The notes beneath the pieces were generated by a model that was not told the origin of the DNA, searched no databases, and saw only the letters and a program-made list of their open reading frames with translations. Source: Octopus sinensis (taxonomy: Eukaryota). Taken from it: a stretch of DNA of 64,000 nucleotides. The stretch lies in assembly GCF_006345805.1 (NCBI RefSeq), contig NC_042998.1, forward strand, positions 147,374,001-147,438,000, read 5' to 3'. Within the stretch, counting starts at the first letter, position 1. Each line of letters opens with the position of its first letter. The translations under genes were made by a program, and so were the position numbers. This document shows positions 1 through 13,029 of this stretch, one piece after another.

Positions 1-562
1 TTTCCCGTAATCTGATCAGCATGGTGCGCTTTTGATCAGATGTCAGAAAACGTGGCACCCACCGAGCAGAAAACTTCGTCATACCAAGTTCATAGTGCAC
101 AATATTCTCAACTCTCTTACGAGATATCCCAGTAGCATTGGCTATTTGATTTAATGTCAATTATCTGCCGTCTCTCGTGTGAACATGATCAATGTTTTCC
201 TTGGTGGTGACAATTGTTGGACGTCCAGACCTTGGATAATTATTAAGACTCTACTTTCCCTTCCTGCATTCAGCTGCTCACTTTTGCACTGTTGATAAAG
301 CTGGTGTGTCATCCCGTAGTGTATCAACCATAACAGCTAATCCCTTTTTCTGCTGGTATTGATACCATCACGATGCCAAATTTTGTCCATTTTTAAGAGA
401 AGTCGCTACTAGTTATTTTTGAAGTAACTAGTAAATGTCAGTTTAGCTGGAAAGAAACAATGCAGTTATTTATAAGAAGAGTTGAAATAATGCATGCAAG
501 ACTCCACATGTAAGACTTCTAACATCACTTCTTCATAGAAAGAACTTTTCAGTCCACTGTCG
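1..562 (-). mobile_element. Tc1/mariner transposon fossil, 5' part (runs off the window start)
   Basis: Minus-strand translation with stops/frameshift gives ...PRSGRPTIVTTKENIDHV...TLNQIANATGISRKRVENIVHYELGMTK/SARWVPRFLTSDQK (mariner HTH and WVPxxL motif). A TIR-like end TA|CGACAGTGGACTGAAAAGTTCT lies at 541-564. Confidence 0.8.
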
Positions 563-829
563 TAAATTATGAGTCATCTGTGAAACTTACGCTCTTCAGT
601 GGTTGCTCTTGTTGCTCCCAACTATCATTTTAGCCTATTGTGCACGCGTGTGAAGATAAACAGAAAGGTAGGTAGATAGATATATGTATATATTTATTTA
701 TAACTGCTGCTGCTGCTAATGATGAAGATTAGTGGTTGAAAATAAATATATAAAACAAACGTAGAAAAAAAATGAAAAATCTAATAATAATTTAACATTA
801 CTTGAAAAGGTAAGTGGGTAGCGAACTTC

Positions 830-3800
830 TTCACTACTTCAGGGAGTGACGACCCCCGCCTGACACGAGTTTCGGGATCAGCTGGCTCCGGCTGACAGTA
901 CCCGGTATGGGTCCCTATCCAGGGTTACGGAAAGGAGACAACCTTCAAAGAAATCCGGAGAGGAGCCCCGAAGGCGGTTTAGTGTTCGACTCGACACTCT
1001 TCCGGCAGCTCCTGCAACCAAGCTGGTGCCAAACGTAATGCTCTTTACTCCTTTGGACTACATCAGCAAGGTCGAGAGAGAAATCCTGACGATTGGGCTA
1101 CCCAGGACTTTCTTATTTCTAGCCCAGGCCTGCGCAAAACTGGAGAGGACACTTCAGTGCTGCTGTAAAAAGCGGCAGAAAAAACACGGGAGGTAACAGT
1201 CACGAGTGATAAGTCCATTCAGACTGGCGTCAAATATTGGCGCTACGGGTTACCTCTGACGGTGGGAGGGACCTCTGTGTCATATTGGTTAGCTACTGCC
1301 CCCAGTTAATAAGGTGCTGACCCGCCACCGGCCGTCTGCTTCATTGGGTGCTTGGAGCTAAGAGTTTGACTTGAAAAGCGGCCTGCAACCTCTGCACCAG
1401 GCAAACAACTAAAAGACAAGAAAACACCAGTCCTGCGGTTAGCAAGCTGGAATGTCAGGACCATGTGCCCTGGAATATCTGATGATCTACTCAGGGTTGA
1501 AGACACAAGAAAAACGGCCATCATTGACCGTGAACTAAAGAGGCTTAACATAGACATTGCTGGGCTACAGGAGACAGGACTTACCTCAAACGGCTAACTC
1601 AAAGAACAGGATTTCACCTTCTTTTGGCAGGGAAGCGATACTGAAGAACCTCGTCAGCATGGGGTTGGCTTTGCAGTGAGAAACTCATGACTCTCCTCAA
1701 TAGAACCACCATCAGGAGGCACTGAGCATATCCTCTCACTGCGCCTCTCGACTTCTTCTGGCTCAGTACATCTACTGAGCATCTATGCTCCCACTCTCTA
1801 CAGCTCAGAGGAGACCAAGGACCAGTTCTACAAAGATCTCAACTGTATCATTAAAAATATACCAAACAAATGAAAACATCTATCTTCTAGGGGATTTTAA
1901 CGCTCGCGTGGGATCTGACCATGATTCGTGGCCCATTTGTGTTGGACACTTTGGTATTGACAACATGAATGACAATGGTCAGAGACTACTTGAATTTTGC
2001 ACATACCATAACCTGTGCATCACAAACACATTTTTTGCTAACAAGCCATCCCACAAGGCATCTTGGAGACATTCAAGATCTCACCACTGGCATCAGCTGG
2101 ATCTCATCATTACACGAAGATCCTTTCTGAATTCTGTTCAACTGACCCGCAGTTACCACAGCGCGGATTGTGACACAGATCACTCACTAATTAGAAGTAG
2201 GGTGAGGATTCTGCTTAAAAAAGTCCATCACTCCAAGAAAGTGGGCCGACCACGCATTAACACTGCCAGAACCTCGAACCCTACACTGCGAAAATGTTTT
2301 GCTGCTTCTATCAAGGTTGCCCTCAGTAACTGCCCAACCTCCTCTGCTGAAAGTAGGTGGAATTATATCAGGGAAGCTTTGTATACCACATCAATAGATA
2401 CTTTCGGCATGAGAGAAAGGCAAAACCCAGATTGGTTCAATGCTGGGCTCTCAGAGCTGGAGCCAGTTATCGAAGCAAAGCGTGCAGCTCTGATGCAATA
2501 CAAGATTGATTCTTCTACAAAGTCACTCGAAGAACTCAGAAAGGCAAGAAATAAAACCCAACTGACAGCCAGACGCTGTGCAAATAGGTATTGGCAGGAA
2601 ATCTGTCAGAGTATCCATCCTCAACCAAGTCAGCCCCTCTGAAATCAACTACTGGAGATCTCATCAGGGATCAAAGCAAGCAAATGGATAGATGGGTGGA
2701 GCACTACCAGGATCTCTACTCACGGGAGACTACAGTAGCTGAGGCTGCAATCGAGAGTGTCAAGATTTTGCCAGTCATGTGCGAACTTGACAGTCCGCCA
2801 TCTATAGCAGAGCTCACCAAGGCTATTGACTCTCCAGCAAGTAACAAGGCTCCAGGAAAAGACGGCATCCCCTCAGAGATCATCAAAGCCGGCAAAAACA
2901 CCGTCCTGCTTCGGCACCTTCATGAGCTTCTGTGTCAGTGCTGGGAAGAAGGTACAGTCCCTCAGGATATGCGGGATGCTAACATCATTACGCTTTACAA
3001 AAATAAAGGTGACCGTGGTGATTGTAACAATTACCGTGGAATATCTCTTCTAAGCACTGTTAGAAAGATCTTTGCTCGCGTTATCCTGGCCAGGCCACAA
3101 CTACTTGCTTCTCGAATTTATCCGGAATCGCAGTGTGGCTTTAAAAGAAGCAGATCAACTATTGACATAATATTCTCCATACGCCAACTTCAGGAGAAGT
3201 CCAGAGAGCAGAAAATGCCATTATATATGGCCTTCATTGATCTGACAAAGGCCTTTGATTCGGTAAGTAGAAAAGGCCTCTTCCTCCTGCTCCAAAAAAT
3301 CGGATGTCCATCAAAGCTGCTGAGGATCATCAAGTCTTTCCATGATGATATGCAAGGCACCATACAGCACAATGGTTCAACATCAGCCGCCTTCCAAATA
3401 AAAAACGGGGTAAAGCAAGGTTATGTCCTCGCTCCTACATTATTTGGCATCTTCTTCTCGCTCTTGCTCTCACGTGCTTTTTCAGACGTCAGATGATGGA
3501 GTGTTTCTGCACAGTAGAAATGACGGGAAACTGTTCAATCTCTCGCGCCTGCGTGCCAAGACCAAAATCAGAAGCGTCCTGATCAAGGAGATGCTATTTG
3601 CTGATGATGCCGCTCTGGTAAGGCTCGTCAACTGTTTTGAGCAAGCATGTAACGACTTTGGCTTAGCTATCAGCCTCAAGAAGACCAACATCATGGGTCA
3701 GGCTACATCGGACATCCCAAACATACATATTGGAGACCACAGATTACAGGAGGTGGAGAAGCTTACCTATCTTGGCTCTACCGTCACCTACAACCTATCC

Positions 3801-4570
3801 CTTGACGCTGAGCTCAATAAACGCATTGGCAAGGCAGCTGCTGCAATGGCCCAACTCTCCAAACGGGCATGGGACAACAATAAGCTGACCAAGACCACGA
3901 AAATGAAGATCTGCCAGGCATGTGTACTTAGCACTCTACTGTATGGAAGTGAGACTTGGACGCTATACACACGCCAAGAGCGTCGCCTAAACATCTTTCA
4001 CCTGCGCTCCTCTGAAAAATCCTTCGCATCAAATGGTAGAATCATGTCCCCAACAAAGATGTCCTCAAGCAAGCAGGAATACCAAGCATGTTTACACTCC
4101 TCACACAAAGACGTATGAGATGGCTTGGGCATGTTAGCCGTATGAAAGATGGCAGAATCCCCAAAGGACAGCGTGCTAGGGGTACTAGGTCTGTGGGAAG
4201 ACCGTTCTTACGTTACAAGGATGTTTGCAAAAGTGACATGAAGGCCTGCAACATCAATATTAGCAATTGGGAAGCAGTTGCCAGCAACCGTGGAGATTGG
4301 TGACGTACTGTAAAAGAGGGAATACAAAGGAGTGACAGAGAGAGAGAGGAGAAATGGAAAGACAAGAAAATACGTCAACAAGAAACTATGACATTACAAC
4401 CAGCCAGGAACAGTCTTCGCTACATTTGCGGCACCTGCCAGAGGGAGTGTTTGTCCAGGATAGGACTACACAGCCACAGCAGGAAATGTATTAGGACATG
4501 AAATGTAAAAGCCGAACTAGACTATTTTATGCGCAACTCCATTGTCTCCCGAGACAAAAAGGATGCCAAC
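830..4570 (+). mobile_element. RTE-clade (BovB-like) non-LTR retrotransposon, near full length, disabled
   Basis: GC-richer 5' UTR from ~830, APE and RT coding region, and an RTE-type 3' end CCATTGTCTCCCGAGACAAAAAGGATGCC (4539-4567) followed by an AT-rich tail. The 5' boundary is approximate. Confidence 0.95.
1435..4501 (+). pseudogene. APE endonuclease-reverse transcriptase ORF of the RTE element (several stops and frameshifts)
   Basis: APE motifs LASWNVRTM, DIAGLQET, LLGDFNARVG, QLDLII and DTDHSLI. RT motifs KAPGKDGIPSE, NYRGISLLS, QCGF, FIDLTKAFDSV, GVKQGYVLAPTLF, LFADDAA (FADD 3597-3608) and YLGS. C-terminal C2HC-like finger YICGTCQRECLSRIGLHSHSRKC, stop 4499-4501. In-frame TAA ~1596 and TGA ~1688; frameshifts near ~1870, ~2615, ~3490 and ~4010. 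Confidence 0.92.
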
Positions 4571-4610
4571 TATTTATTTATATGTATATATAACTGTTAA
4601 TATGTTTGTA

Positions 4611-4696
<86 letters not shown>

Positions 4697-4821
4697 AAAG
4701 TCAGTCGCCACATCAAAGTGGTTGTTACATGTTACTACTAGTTTAACCTCAGGCAGATTCTCCGCCAGCTTGTTATCGGTGCATCTCTGCACCCTTTATA
4801 TACAACATATATTGTTTGCAG

Positions 4822-4851
4822 GAGGAACGAACCTCTACCATCCTCTAGCAG
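4822..4851 (+). CDS. Candidate 30-nt symmetric microexon (phase 1-1: GGTNLYHPLA) of an unidentified gene
   Basis: Acceptor ATTGTTTGCAG|, donor CAG|GTAACA, length divisible by 3, open in phase 1. No homology recognised. Confidence 0.25.
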
Positions 4852-5219
4852 GTAACAGGATCGCGAGACTGACTCAGTCTCGAGCTATTTCGCTTGTCCT
4901 CAGACGCGAGCAATATGTATAAGCAAATGGATTTCACCTATTTATATTGCATTGTCATAATGCATTGAGGTTTAACGGTGGGTTAGTAATTGAGCTCTCA
5001 TATAGCGTAGATGTTTCTCATATAGCGTAGATATTTCTATATAACAATTAGAGATATAAATGGTGAGTGGTTGGCTAGTTGATTGGTTGATGGGTTGGTA
5101 TCTCCAGGCACGTTATACATCGTTTGGAGAACGCAAGTAAAAGGGTACAAGAGAGTTAATGTAAGAGGCACAGGATGAAGACACCTACTAGGATTGGTGC
5201 AAGGCAATGTATAAAAGAA

Positions 5220-5265
<46 letters not shown>

Positions 5266-5402
5266 ATATATATATATTATATATATATATATATATATAG
5301 GAGAAGAAAATGGATGTAATAACATGGGGAGACTTGTCATTTTTGCTGGAATGCCTTTAATTTAAATAGATAACAAAGAAGAAAGAAGCAATGATGAAGG
5401 TA

Positions 5403-5453
5403 GCATTTACGATCGTTTCGATTTACTAGTTTAAGTAAATCTCTTCAGAATGC
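5403..5453 (-). ncRNA. Minimal type-I hammerhead ribozyme, apparently intact
   Basis: Minus strand reads GCATT-CTGAAGA-GATTTACT(TAAACT)AGTAAATC-GAAA-C(GATC)G-TA-AATGC: 5-bp stem I, full CUGANGA/GAAA core, perfect 8-bp stem II, palindromic stem III, GUA cleavage triplet. Confidence 0.85.
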
Positions 5454-6911
5454 GAAAAATAGATTGATACATGGGTTTGGATGCGAAAATAATTGATACA
5501 AGTGTGATGGTAATTGAAGCACAGTTAATAAGTCTTACATTAAATTGTGTTCTTGTGCTGGTAATTTCGCTGGGGAGAGGTTTCATTGTAATAAACTGGT
5601 TAGTTTCGTTGGGCAGTTAGAGCGGGGTGAATATTATTTTGGTGTGGGGTTCCGAGTTTGACTAAGCATATATTTCGTACGTGTGTATAACATTTGCTTT
5701 TAACCGCAATGCGTTTTAATCACCGGCGGTGTAAATGAAGGGGGTGACTCTAACTTAAGGTGAAAAGGGAGCTAACTCATACCAGTTTCATTAGACTAGG
5801 TAGAGTGGTTTAAAATTGTATTATGGCTAAGAATTATATTATTGCTAGAGTTTAGTGCTAGAAGGGGCCCTATGTAGGTGCAAAGTAAATTATTACTTGT
5901 AGACAAAAGGGGCTATTCTACCGGTATTTTTTAAATACATAAAGGCCCACATGAAGACAAAAATGGTGTTCTCAAATTTCCTGTTCAGAAGGGGTTGTTT
6001 AGGCGTAAATATAGCTATGGCAGCGTCTATTGGCGGTGTTGTAGGAGATTGTTTTTGTGAGTATACGCTAGTTTAAACTATAATCTATTTTTTATCCTTA
6101 AGTTCCCAGATGTATGTACTGAGCCCTGTTGAGTTGGCCTTACTCCTATTTCTGAAGCTCGATTGGTGCGCGTTATATCCAAGAATCATTTGGTTCTTAG
6201 TGGCGCCTATGTATGATTTCGTCTGGCTCTTTGTGTGGACGTCACATTGGTAAAGTACGTTATTTGTCTTTCATCTGTTTGAGAAATGGCACTTTGTTCT
6301 ATCCCTGCAGCCGCATAAATAATCAGGTGTATCTGCGTTCATGTTGTATTGTGGGGTGTTATTATTATTCAGGTCTATATCTAAGTTAGCAAGAGGCGTT
6401 GCGTTTGTGGTGGGCTTAGTTCTATTGGTTGGTTGGTTTTTATTTTTATTGTTCACAATCTTTCTAGTTTCATAGAAATTGTCTAGTTTTTTTTTATCAT
6501 TTATTGAGGCTAATATTGTGGCAAGTTATTAGTCAGACTGTAGCCTATTCTAATTTTATTCCTAAATAATTCTGCGTATTTATTAGGTGTTTGTCTATGA
6601 TTTTCATTAATGAGCGAACTATGTTTGATTTAAGGTGCATGGTGTAGGGGATTACGAGTCGGATATTATCGCTATTTTCTTCACTTTTTGCGTTATTTTT
6701 CTTGTATAGAAGTTACCCGCCTTGTTTTTGATTCGTGTGAAGTTTTGGTTGTATGTATCTTGGTTATATCCATAGTTAGGTTTCACTTTCGTGTTACTTT
6801 TGTCTGTTCTATTGGAGTTATTATCGGAGGGTTCATGTAGGTTTGCTTCAATTACCATCACATTTGTATCAGTTATTTTCGTATCCTAACTGATATGTCA
6901 ATCTAGTTTTC

Positions 6912-6956
6912 GCATTCTGAAGAGATAAACTAGTAAATCGAAACGATCGTAAATGC
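6912..6956 (+). ncRNA. Second hammerhead copy in the inverted pLTR (stem II shortened)
   Basis: GCATT-CTGAAGA-GATAAACTAGTAAATC-GAAA-C(GATC)G-TA-AATGC. Core and stems I and III match the 5403 copy; a 6-nt deletion leaves a 3-bp stem II. Confidence 0.7.
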
Positions 6957-7015
6957 TATCTTCATCACATATATATACTTGGAAATGGATTCGTGGCGTT
7001 CAATTAAATAATATA

Positions 7016-7110
<95 letters not shown>

Positions 7111-7151
7111 ATATATAATCATATATTTATATTATATTATATTATATTATA

Positions 7152-7212
<61 letters not shown>

Positions 7213-7381
7213 CGCACACACACACATGCCCGAACACACACAGATAGTAAGAAAGGATGAAAAACACAGAGGAGGCAGAGAGGAAGTAAATGACATAGTC
7301 ATGGCAGGATTCGCTAAGTAAAAAACAACAACCGATAAAAAGAGAAGAAAGAAAGAAAAGATAGAATCAAAGAAGCAAAAA

Positions 7382-7421
<40 letters not shown>

Positions 7422-7688
7422 AAAAAGAAAGAAAGAAAGAATTGAAGAAAGATAGATAGAAAGAAGGGGGGAAAGAAAAATAGAGAAGAAAGAAAGACAC
7501 CAGCCATTTATCACAAGCAGAGGAAAATGGTACCATTTTGCTTTCTATTAGATAGAAATATTATTTCTAAAGCCCTGATAATGTAATATTATGTTGTGTA
7601 ACTTCAACAATACTCTGAGACTACTCTCAGACTGGTAAATGGCTAAGTAGCAGCGCTTCCATATTACAAATGTATCATTGTGATTATC

Positions 7689-7743
<55 letters not shown>

Positions 7744-8142
7744 TAATAATAACAACAACAACAACGACAACAACAACAATAATAATGCATGGTTGCAATT
7801 CACATGTGATTTATTACATGGGTTTGATCTATCTCAGATTTACAGGGCAAAGTAAATGAGATTGTATTGAATTCTTCATATCTCTGCCAAGACATTGGCA
7901 TCGTTCGTTCTCTTTCTCACTGGGAATAGGAATTTAGTACTGTCCGCCAACACCTCTTTACTCCAACTTGTCATCAATACCCTTTCCACCGCTTCTCTTT
8001 CTTTCTATTTCTCCCCTCTCTCTCCCTTTCTCTCCCTATCTTTCTTTCACTCACTCCCTCTGTCTACCTGCCTGCTTGTCTGTCTGTATGTAATTATGTA
8101 TGTTTGTATATATATATATATATTATATACCATACATACATC

Positions 8143-8174
<32 letters not shown>

Positions 8175-8219
8175 TATATAATATATATAATATTATATAT
8201 ATATATATAATATAAATAT

Positions 8220-8277
<58 letters not shown>

Positions 8278-8520
8278 TACATTATATAGATGTAGATATG
8301 TATACGTGTATGCTTGTGTATGTGTGTATGCATCTGTGCCTGCGTGTGAGCGCGTATGTGTGAGTGTGGGTGCATGCACGCGTGCTTTTGTATGCCTGCC
8401 CATGCGCATATGAGTGTATACGTGAGTGTGTATCCTTATGTATGTCCGTATGTAATTTTGTATGTACATATGTATGCATATAGGTGTGTGTGTGTGTGTG
8501 TGTGTGGTGTGTGTGTGCGC

Positions 8521-8566
<46 letters not shown>

Positions 8567-9149
8567 TGTTTATGTGTCCTTCATCCTTTGAACGAACGCA
8601 TACAAATGAGAAATTCGAAGAAGCGACGGCGTGAATCATCAACTTCGAATGAACGTGAATGTGAATGTGTGTGCGTATATATGTGTGTATGTATGTATGT
8701 ATGTATGTATGTATGTATGTATGTATGTATGTATATGTATGTACACATATATGTGTCTGTGGCTTACAATGCTGTTTGTACATTTATGGTGGATATGTGA
8801 AGAATACAGGGAGCCATTATGAATCTGCTATCAAAGAAAAGTATTGACAGGAAGAGAAATATCCTAACCAATTCCATCCCAGTCCAATTTATTGTATAGA
8901 GAGACATGTTAGATTTAAAACACGTGATAACTGATTGATTCTGTGGTAGAAGGCGCTACTGTCTTATTAGCAACTTTTTTTTTTTTTTTTTTTTTTTCGT
9001 ATTCATCCTTTTGGAAGTGAAAGAAGTTCAGTAGAAGATGAGGCTTACATTTTGTGGCGGCGTATGTCGAAAATCGAAGCTGCAGGCCACTTCAGTAGGC
9101 CTTCAGTTTGGTCGTATTTTACTACCTACAAACGCAACAACAATAACAA

Positions 9150-9400
9150 TATTATTCTTATATTCTTTTATTCTTTTACTTGTTTCAGTCATTTGACTGN
9201 NNNNNNNNNNNNNNNNNNNNNNNNNNNNNNNNNNNNNNNNNNNNNNNNNNNNNNNNNNNNNNNNNNNNNNNNNNNNNNNNNNNNNNNNNNNNNNNNNNNC
9301 GTCGACCAAATTCACTTTAAGGCATTGGTGGTAATGCGCAGTGGGATTGAATCCAAAACTACGTGGTTGCCAAGCGAGCTTCTGAACCACTTCGCCATGT
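9150..9400 (-). mobile_element. CORE-like tRNA-derived SINE (family B) spanning the assembly gap
   Basis: The 3' tail (rc CAGTCAAATGACTGAAACAAGTAAAAGA) lies left of the Ns and the tRNA-like head right of them, in the same orientation. Both match the copy at 61095-61620. Confidence 0.7.
9200..9299. other. Scaffold gap (100 N)
   Basis: Run of exactly 100 N. Confidence 1.
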
Positions 9401-9819
9401 CTGTGTCTGAATATACACAAATCTGCGCGTGTGCGTGCATGTATGTGTTAGTGTGCGCGCGCGCATGTGTGTGTTTAGGTTTCTTTTCTTGTTTACGTGC
9501 TCTTGATTGTTTTCTGTACAAATGCCACCTCTGAATCCTTCAACAGAAGTCAAAGCAGGTTATAAAATGCCGCTGCAATAAACTAACGTTAGCGCCAAGA
9601 ATATTAACCAAAGTCTAGTAGTCATTGCAACAGATTCTTTATGAAAGACACATAAGCAATATAATAGCATGACAAGCTCTAAAGACCACGTGACCTATAA
9701 ATAGAGTCAAAAATGATGCAAAACAAGTAGCCCTGGTGTTTGCCTTGAGCTAGGATGGAACTTGAATAATGAAACTGTGGAATGCTAGTCTCTGCCATAT
9801 TAATATAAAGCATATATTA

Positions 9820-9990
9820 ATGCGGTGAAACGGCAGAATCGTTAGCACGCCAGACCAAAATGCTTAGCAACATTTCGTCCGTCTTTACGTTCTAAGTTCA
9901 AATTTGTCTTTCATCCTTTCGGGGTCGATCTAATCGATTTAGCCCCATCCTCCCAAATAGCTGGCCTTGTGCTAAAATTTGAAACCAGTG
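9820..9990 (+). mobile_element. tRNA-derived SINE family A, internally deleted copy
   Basis: GGCAGAATCGTTAGCACGCC head, B-box GTTCAAAT, core CTTTCATCCTTTCGGGGTCGAT, tail GCCTTGTGCTAAAATTTGAAACC. Confidence 0.8.
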
Positions 9991-10033
9991 TGAGTCTATG
10001 CAACGTTCCTTCTTCAACACACAACAATGTTTA

Positions 10034-10064
<31 letters not shown>

Positions 10065-10082
10065 CTGTATGTGTGTGTGTGT

Positions 10083-10122
<40 letters not shown>

Positions 10123-11039
10123 CGTGCGTGCGCGTGTGTGAGTGTGTACATACATAGTTACATGCATACCCACATACTGAAATATATATAGAGAGAGACA
10201 TAGATCGATATAGACATGCATACACAAATGCGTATTTATATACATATATATATACATACAAAACTATATACATTGAATATACAGATATATAAGCGTATCA
10301 GCGTGTGTGTTTATTGATATATATACACATACGTGCGTACGTTTGTGTATTTGTACAGAAAACAATCCCACTGCTTATCTACGGAAACGTCTTACTTACG
10401 TGACGATACTTACTACATGCAAATGAACGAATAGTTGCATTTCTTACCAACAAACATTGAAAAATATAACAGAAACTGTGTTTGGAGAGAATAAAAAGAG
10501 AACCCGTGAAATAAATAGTACGCACGTATGTATGTATGTATGTATGTATGTATGTATGTATGTATGTATGTATGTATGTATGTATGTGTGTCTATATACA
10601 GCACCGTAATCGCATATACTGCGTTATCGAATTCATTTTAGTCGTTACTGTTGGGTATCTTTAGCTAGCTTTGATTGAACACATCAAACATATCAATCAA
10701 TCGATTTTAGAATACCATTCACGAGATCACACACTTATGTTATGTGCAGTCCTTAGTCATGTTTATCTTCTAATAATAAATTAATCCAATTCTACAGAAA
10801 CATGTTTTGGAAACCAAAATTTAAGAATGTGTAACGTTGTGCTTTTATCGATCACTACTAGCTGCAGATTGATTTAAATTCTCTTGGAAACTTTAAAAGA
10901 TTTCAGTTTAGATTCCATGTGTTGGTTGCTATGTCAGAATGCCTAATCACTAAAGCCCGATATTTCCTAGTTGCTGTTCTCTATATTCCATGAAAATGTT
11001 TAGAATTCTTTATGGAATATAGAGAATTCCATTACAGTT

Positions 11040-11375
11040 GTCGGCTGGTTCCCCTGTTCAGCATCTTGGACAGGTACCTTCTACTACTGCTGGGTTGACC
11101 AAAGCCTTATCAGTGGATTTGGTTGATAGAGACTGAAAGAGGCTCGTGGTATGTGTGCGCATGTGTGTATGTGTGTCTTTCGGCTTGCGTGCCCTATCAC
11201 CGCTTAACAACCTGTGTTGGTTTGGTTTATGTCAACGAAACTTGCGGTTTGGCAAAAGTGAACGATAACATAAATATCAGGCTTAAAATACCGGAGAAGA
11301 TTCGTTCAACTAAAATCTTTCAAGGCGATGCCCCAGCATGATCGCAGTCCAATGACTAAAACGAATAAAAAATTA
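11040..11375 (+). mobile_element. SINE family B, diverged copy
   Basis: GACCAAAGCCTT...GTGGATTTGG...ACTGAAAGA, an internal (TG)n tract, and tail GGCGATGCCCCAGCATGATCGCAGTCCAATGACTAAAAC. Confidence 0.75.
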
Positions 11376-12704
11376 AAAAAAAGAAACAATTCTGATGAGA
11401 ATATTGTGTTTTTTTTTTTGTTTTTGTTTTTTTTTTTTGTTTTTTTCAAAATTCCTGTCGCTGTCTTTTTTTGTGAACTGATACATTTTGTTGATATTTA
11501 AGATACGACCTTCCGCAGAGGATTACAAAATTTCTATGGGACAAGTACAATGTCTTTCTCTCAAACAGTGAAGGGTTTAGCATTGAAACTATCATAACAG
11601 TAGAAATTCAGTTTGTTGATGATTTAGCTGTGTATATGCGCAACGAGTGATGCCAAAATATAAAGGTACCGACGTTGGTAGCTTAAAATATGTCAATTAT
11701 GTTATGTGAATAACCTGTGGTGTCAATATACAAGCTATCATGGACATCTCAGAATTCGTCTACGAAACTTTATCTGAAACAGAACTCAATCAAAATAAAG
11801 ATAAGCGATTCTCACCCAATACTTTATTACAAGTAAACAACTATAAGGAGAATGTTTCCGCTTATTGATGGCCATCAAAATAAACAAACCTTGATGGCCA
11901 TCAGTAAGTGAAAACTCGCTACGGGGCGAGCAACTAGCAGGACCAATCTACAAAGAAAGAACTCCTGTCAAGAAAGTGTTTTGGCCCGTTAGTTCCTGAC
12001 AAGTTAAGGGAGCCAGGTTCACTTAGGTCATGACTCCTAGGTATTTTTCTGCTGTTTTCGAAATACTGACTTTAATGGGAGTTGAACCCGAGCTCTTCGG
12101 GTTTATCTTATTTCCCTGAATTGTGGTGTATACCGCTCGGTCACACCCAAAGAACTTGCAATGTGAATCTATTTAAATTTGTGTTTTCCTTTAGAACATA
12201 TCGCACAGTTTAAACACCACCACCTGATCTTGAGTGCCTTTCGTGGAATTCACAGAGATGTAAGAGTTCGGACCAGACTCCCAGTTCCTTCTTCGCCTAG
12301 ATTTTACCAAGTCAGTGATGTAGCACGGGTTTTGACCACCCTGTATCGTAGCCAAATTGGCCGCCTACTTCCTACAGCAATCATACACATATAATGTAAC
12401 AGGCCAGTGTGGTTTGCGCATTCTGTTTACCCAACGGTGCTCCACAGGTTTAGGCCTCGTATCAGTTCAGTCACGCTCACTAGACTGTGACGGTTGCAAT
12501 AAACATAAGCACCACTCCACTTCACCTCACAAAATTGTTTCCTCCAAAAAAAGAGAGCGGTTTCCTTGACAATTCAAGCCATTCAAGAGCATACATCTTG
12601 TAATAAAATACTGCTATAAATTTATACAAGACATGTGTCTGTCTGTCTATTTGTTTGTCTGTACGTATGTATGTATGTATAAATACATGTATGTGTTAGC
12701 ATGC

Positions 12705-12737
<33 letters not shown>

Positions 12738-12767
12738 TGTATGTATGTATGTATGTATGTATGTATG

Positions 12768-12843
<76 letters not shown>

Positions 12844-13029
12844 AACACATATTTGTGTGTACCTGCACACACACTCACACACAAACTCACACACACACTC
12901 ACATACACAAACACACGCGCACTCTCGCACACACACACACACATATATATACATATATGTGTGTGTATATGTGAGTCTATCTATTCATGCATGCATGTAT
13001 GTTTGTATGTATGTATCTTCTATTTTCTA

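Larger units (their letters stand above)
5392..6967 (-). mobile_element. 5'-truncated Penelope-like element (GIY-YIG endonuclease, RT absent) with inverted pseudo-LTRs
   Basis: Degenerate minus-strand peptide NIVRSLMKIIDKH...KYAELFRNKIRIGYS...CGCRDRTKCHFSNR*KTNNVLYQCDV...SYIGATKN...HQSSFRNRSKANSTGLSTYIWELKDK. VLY lies at ~6250 and YIG at ~6205. 5392-5520 is the reverse complement of 6845-6967. Confidence 0.85.

Noticed and set aside
681-4591. TSD of the RTE element (TATATGTATATAT or TATTTATTTATA)
   Set aside because: Low-complexity matches with two competing registers, ~140 bp from the apparent 5' UTR start.
11490-11650. RT-like motif QFVDDLAV
   Set aside because: A single short motif with no flanking RT motifs recognisable. 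It may be an ancient LINE scrap but is not supportable.
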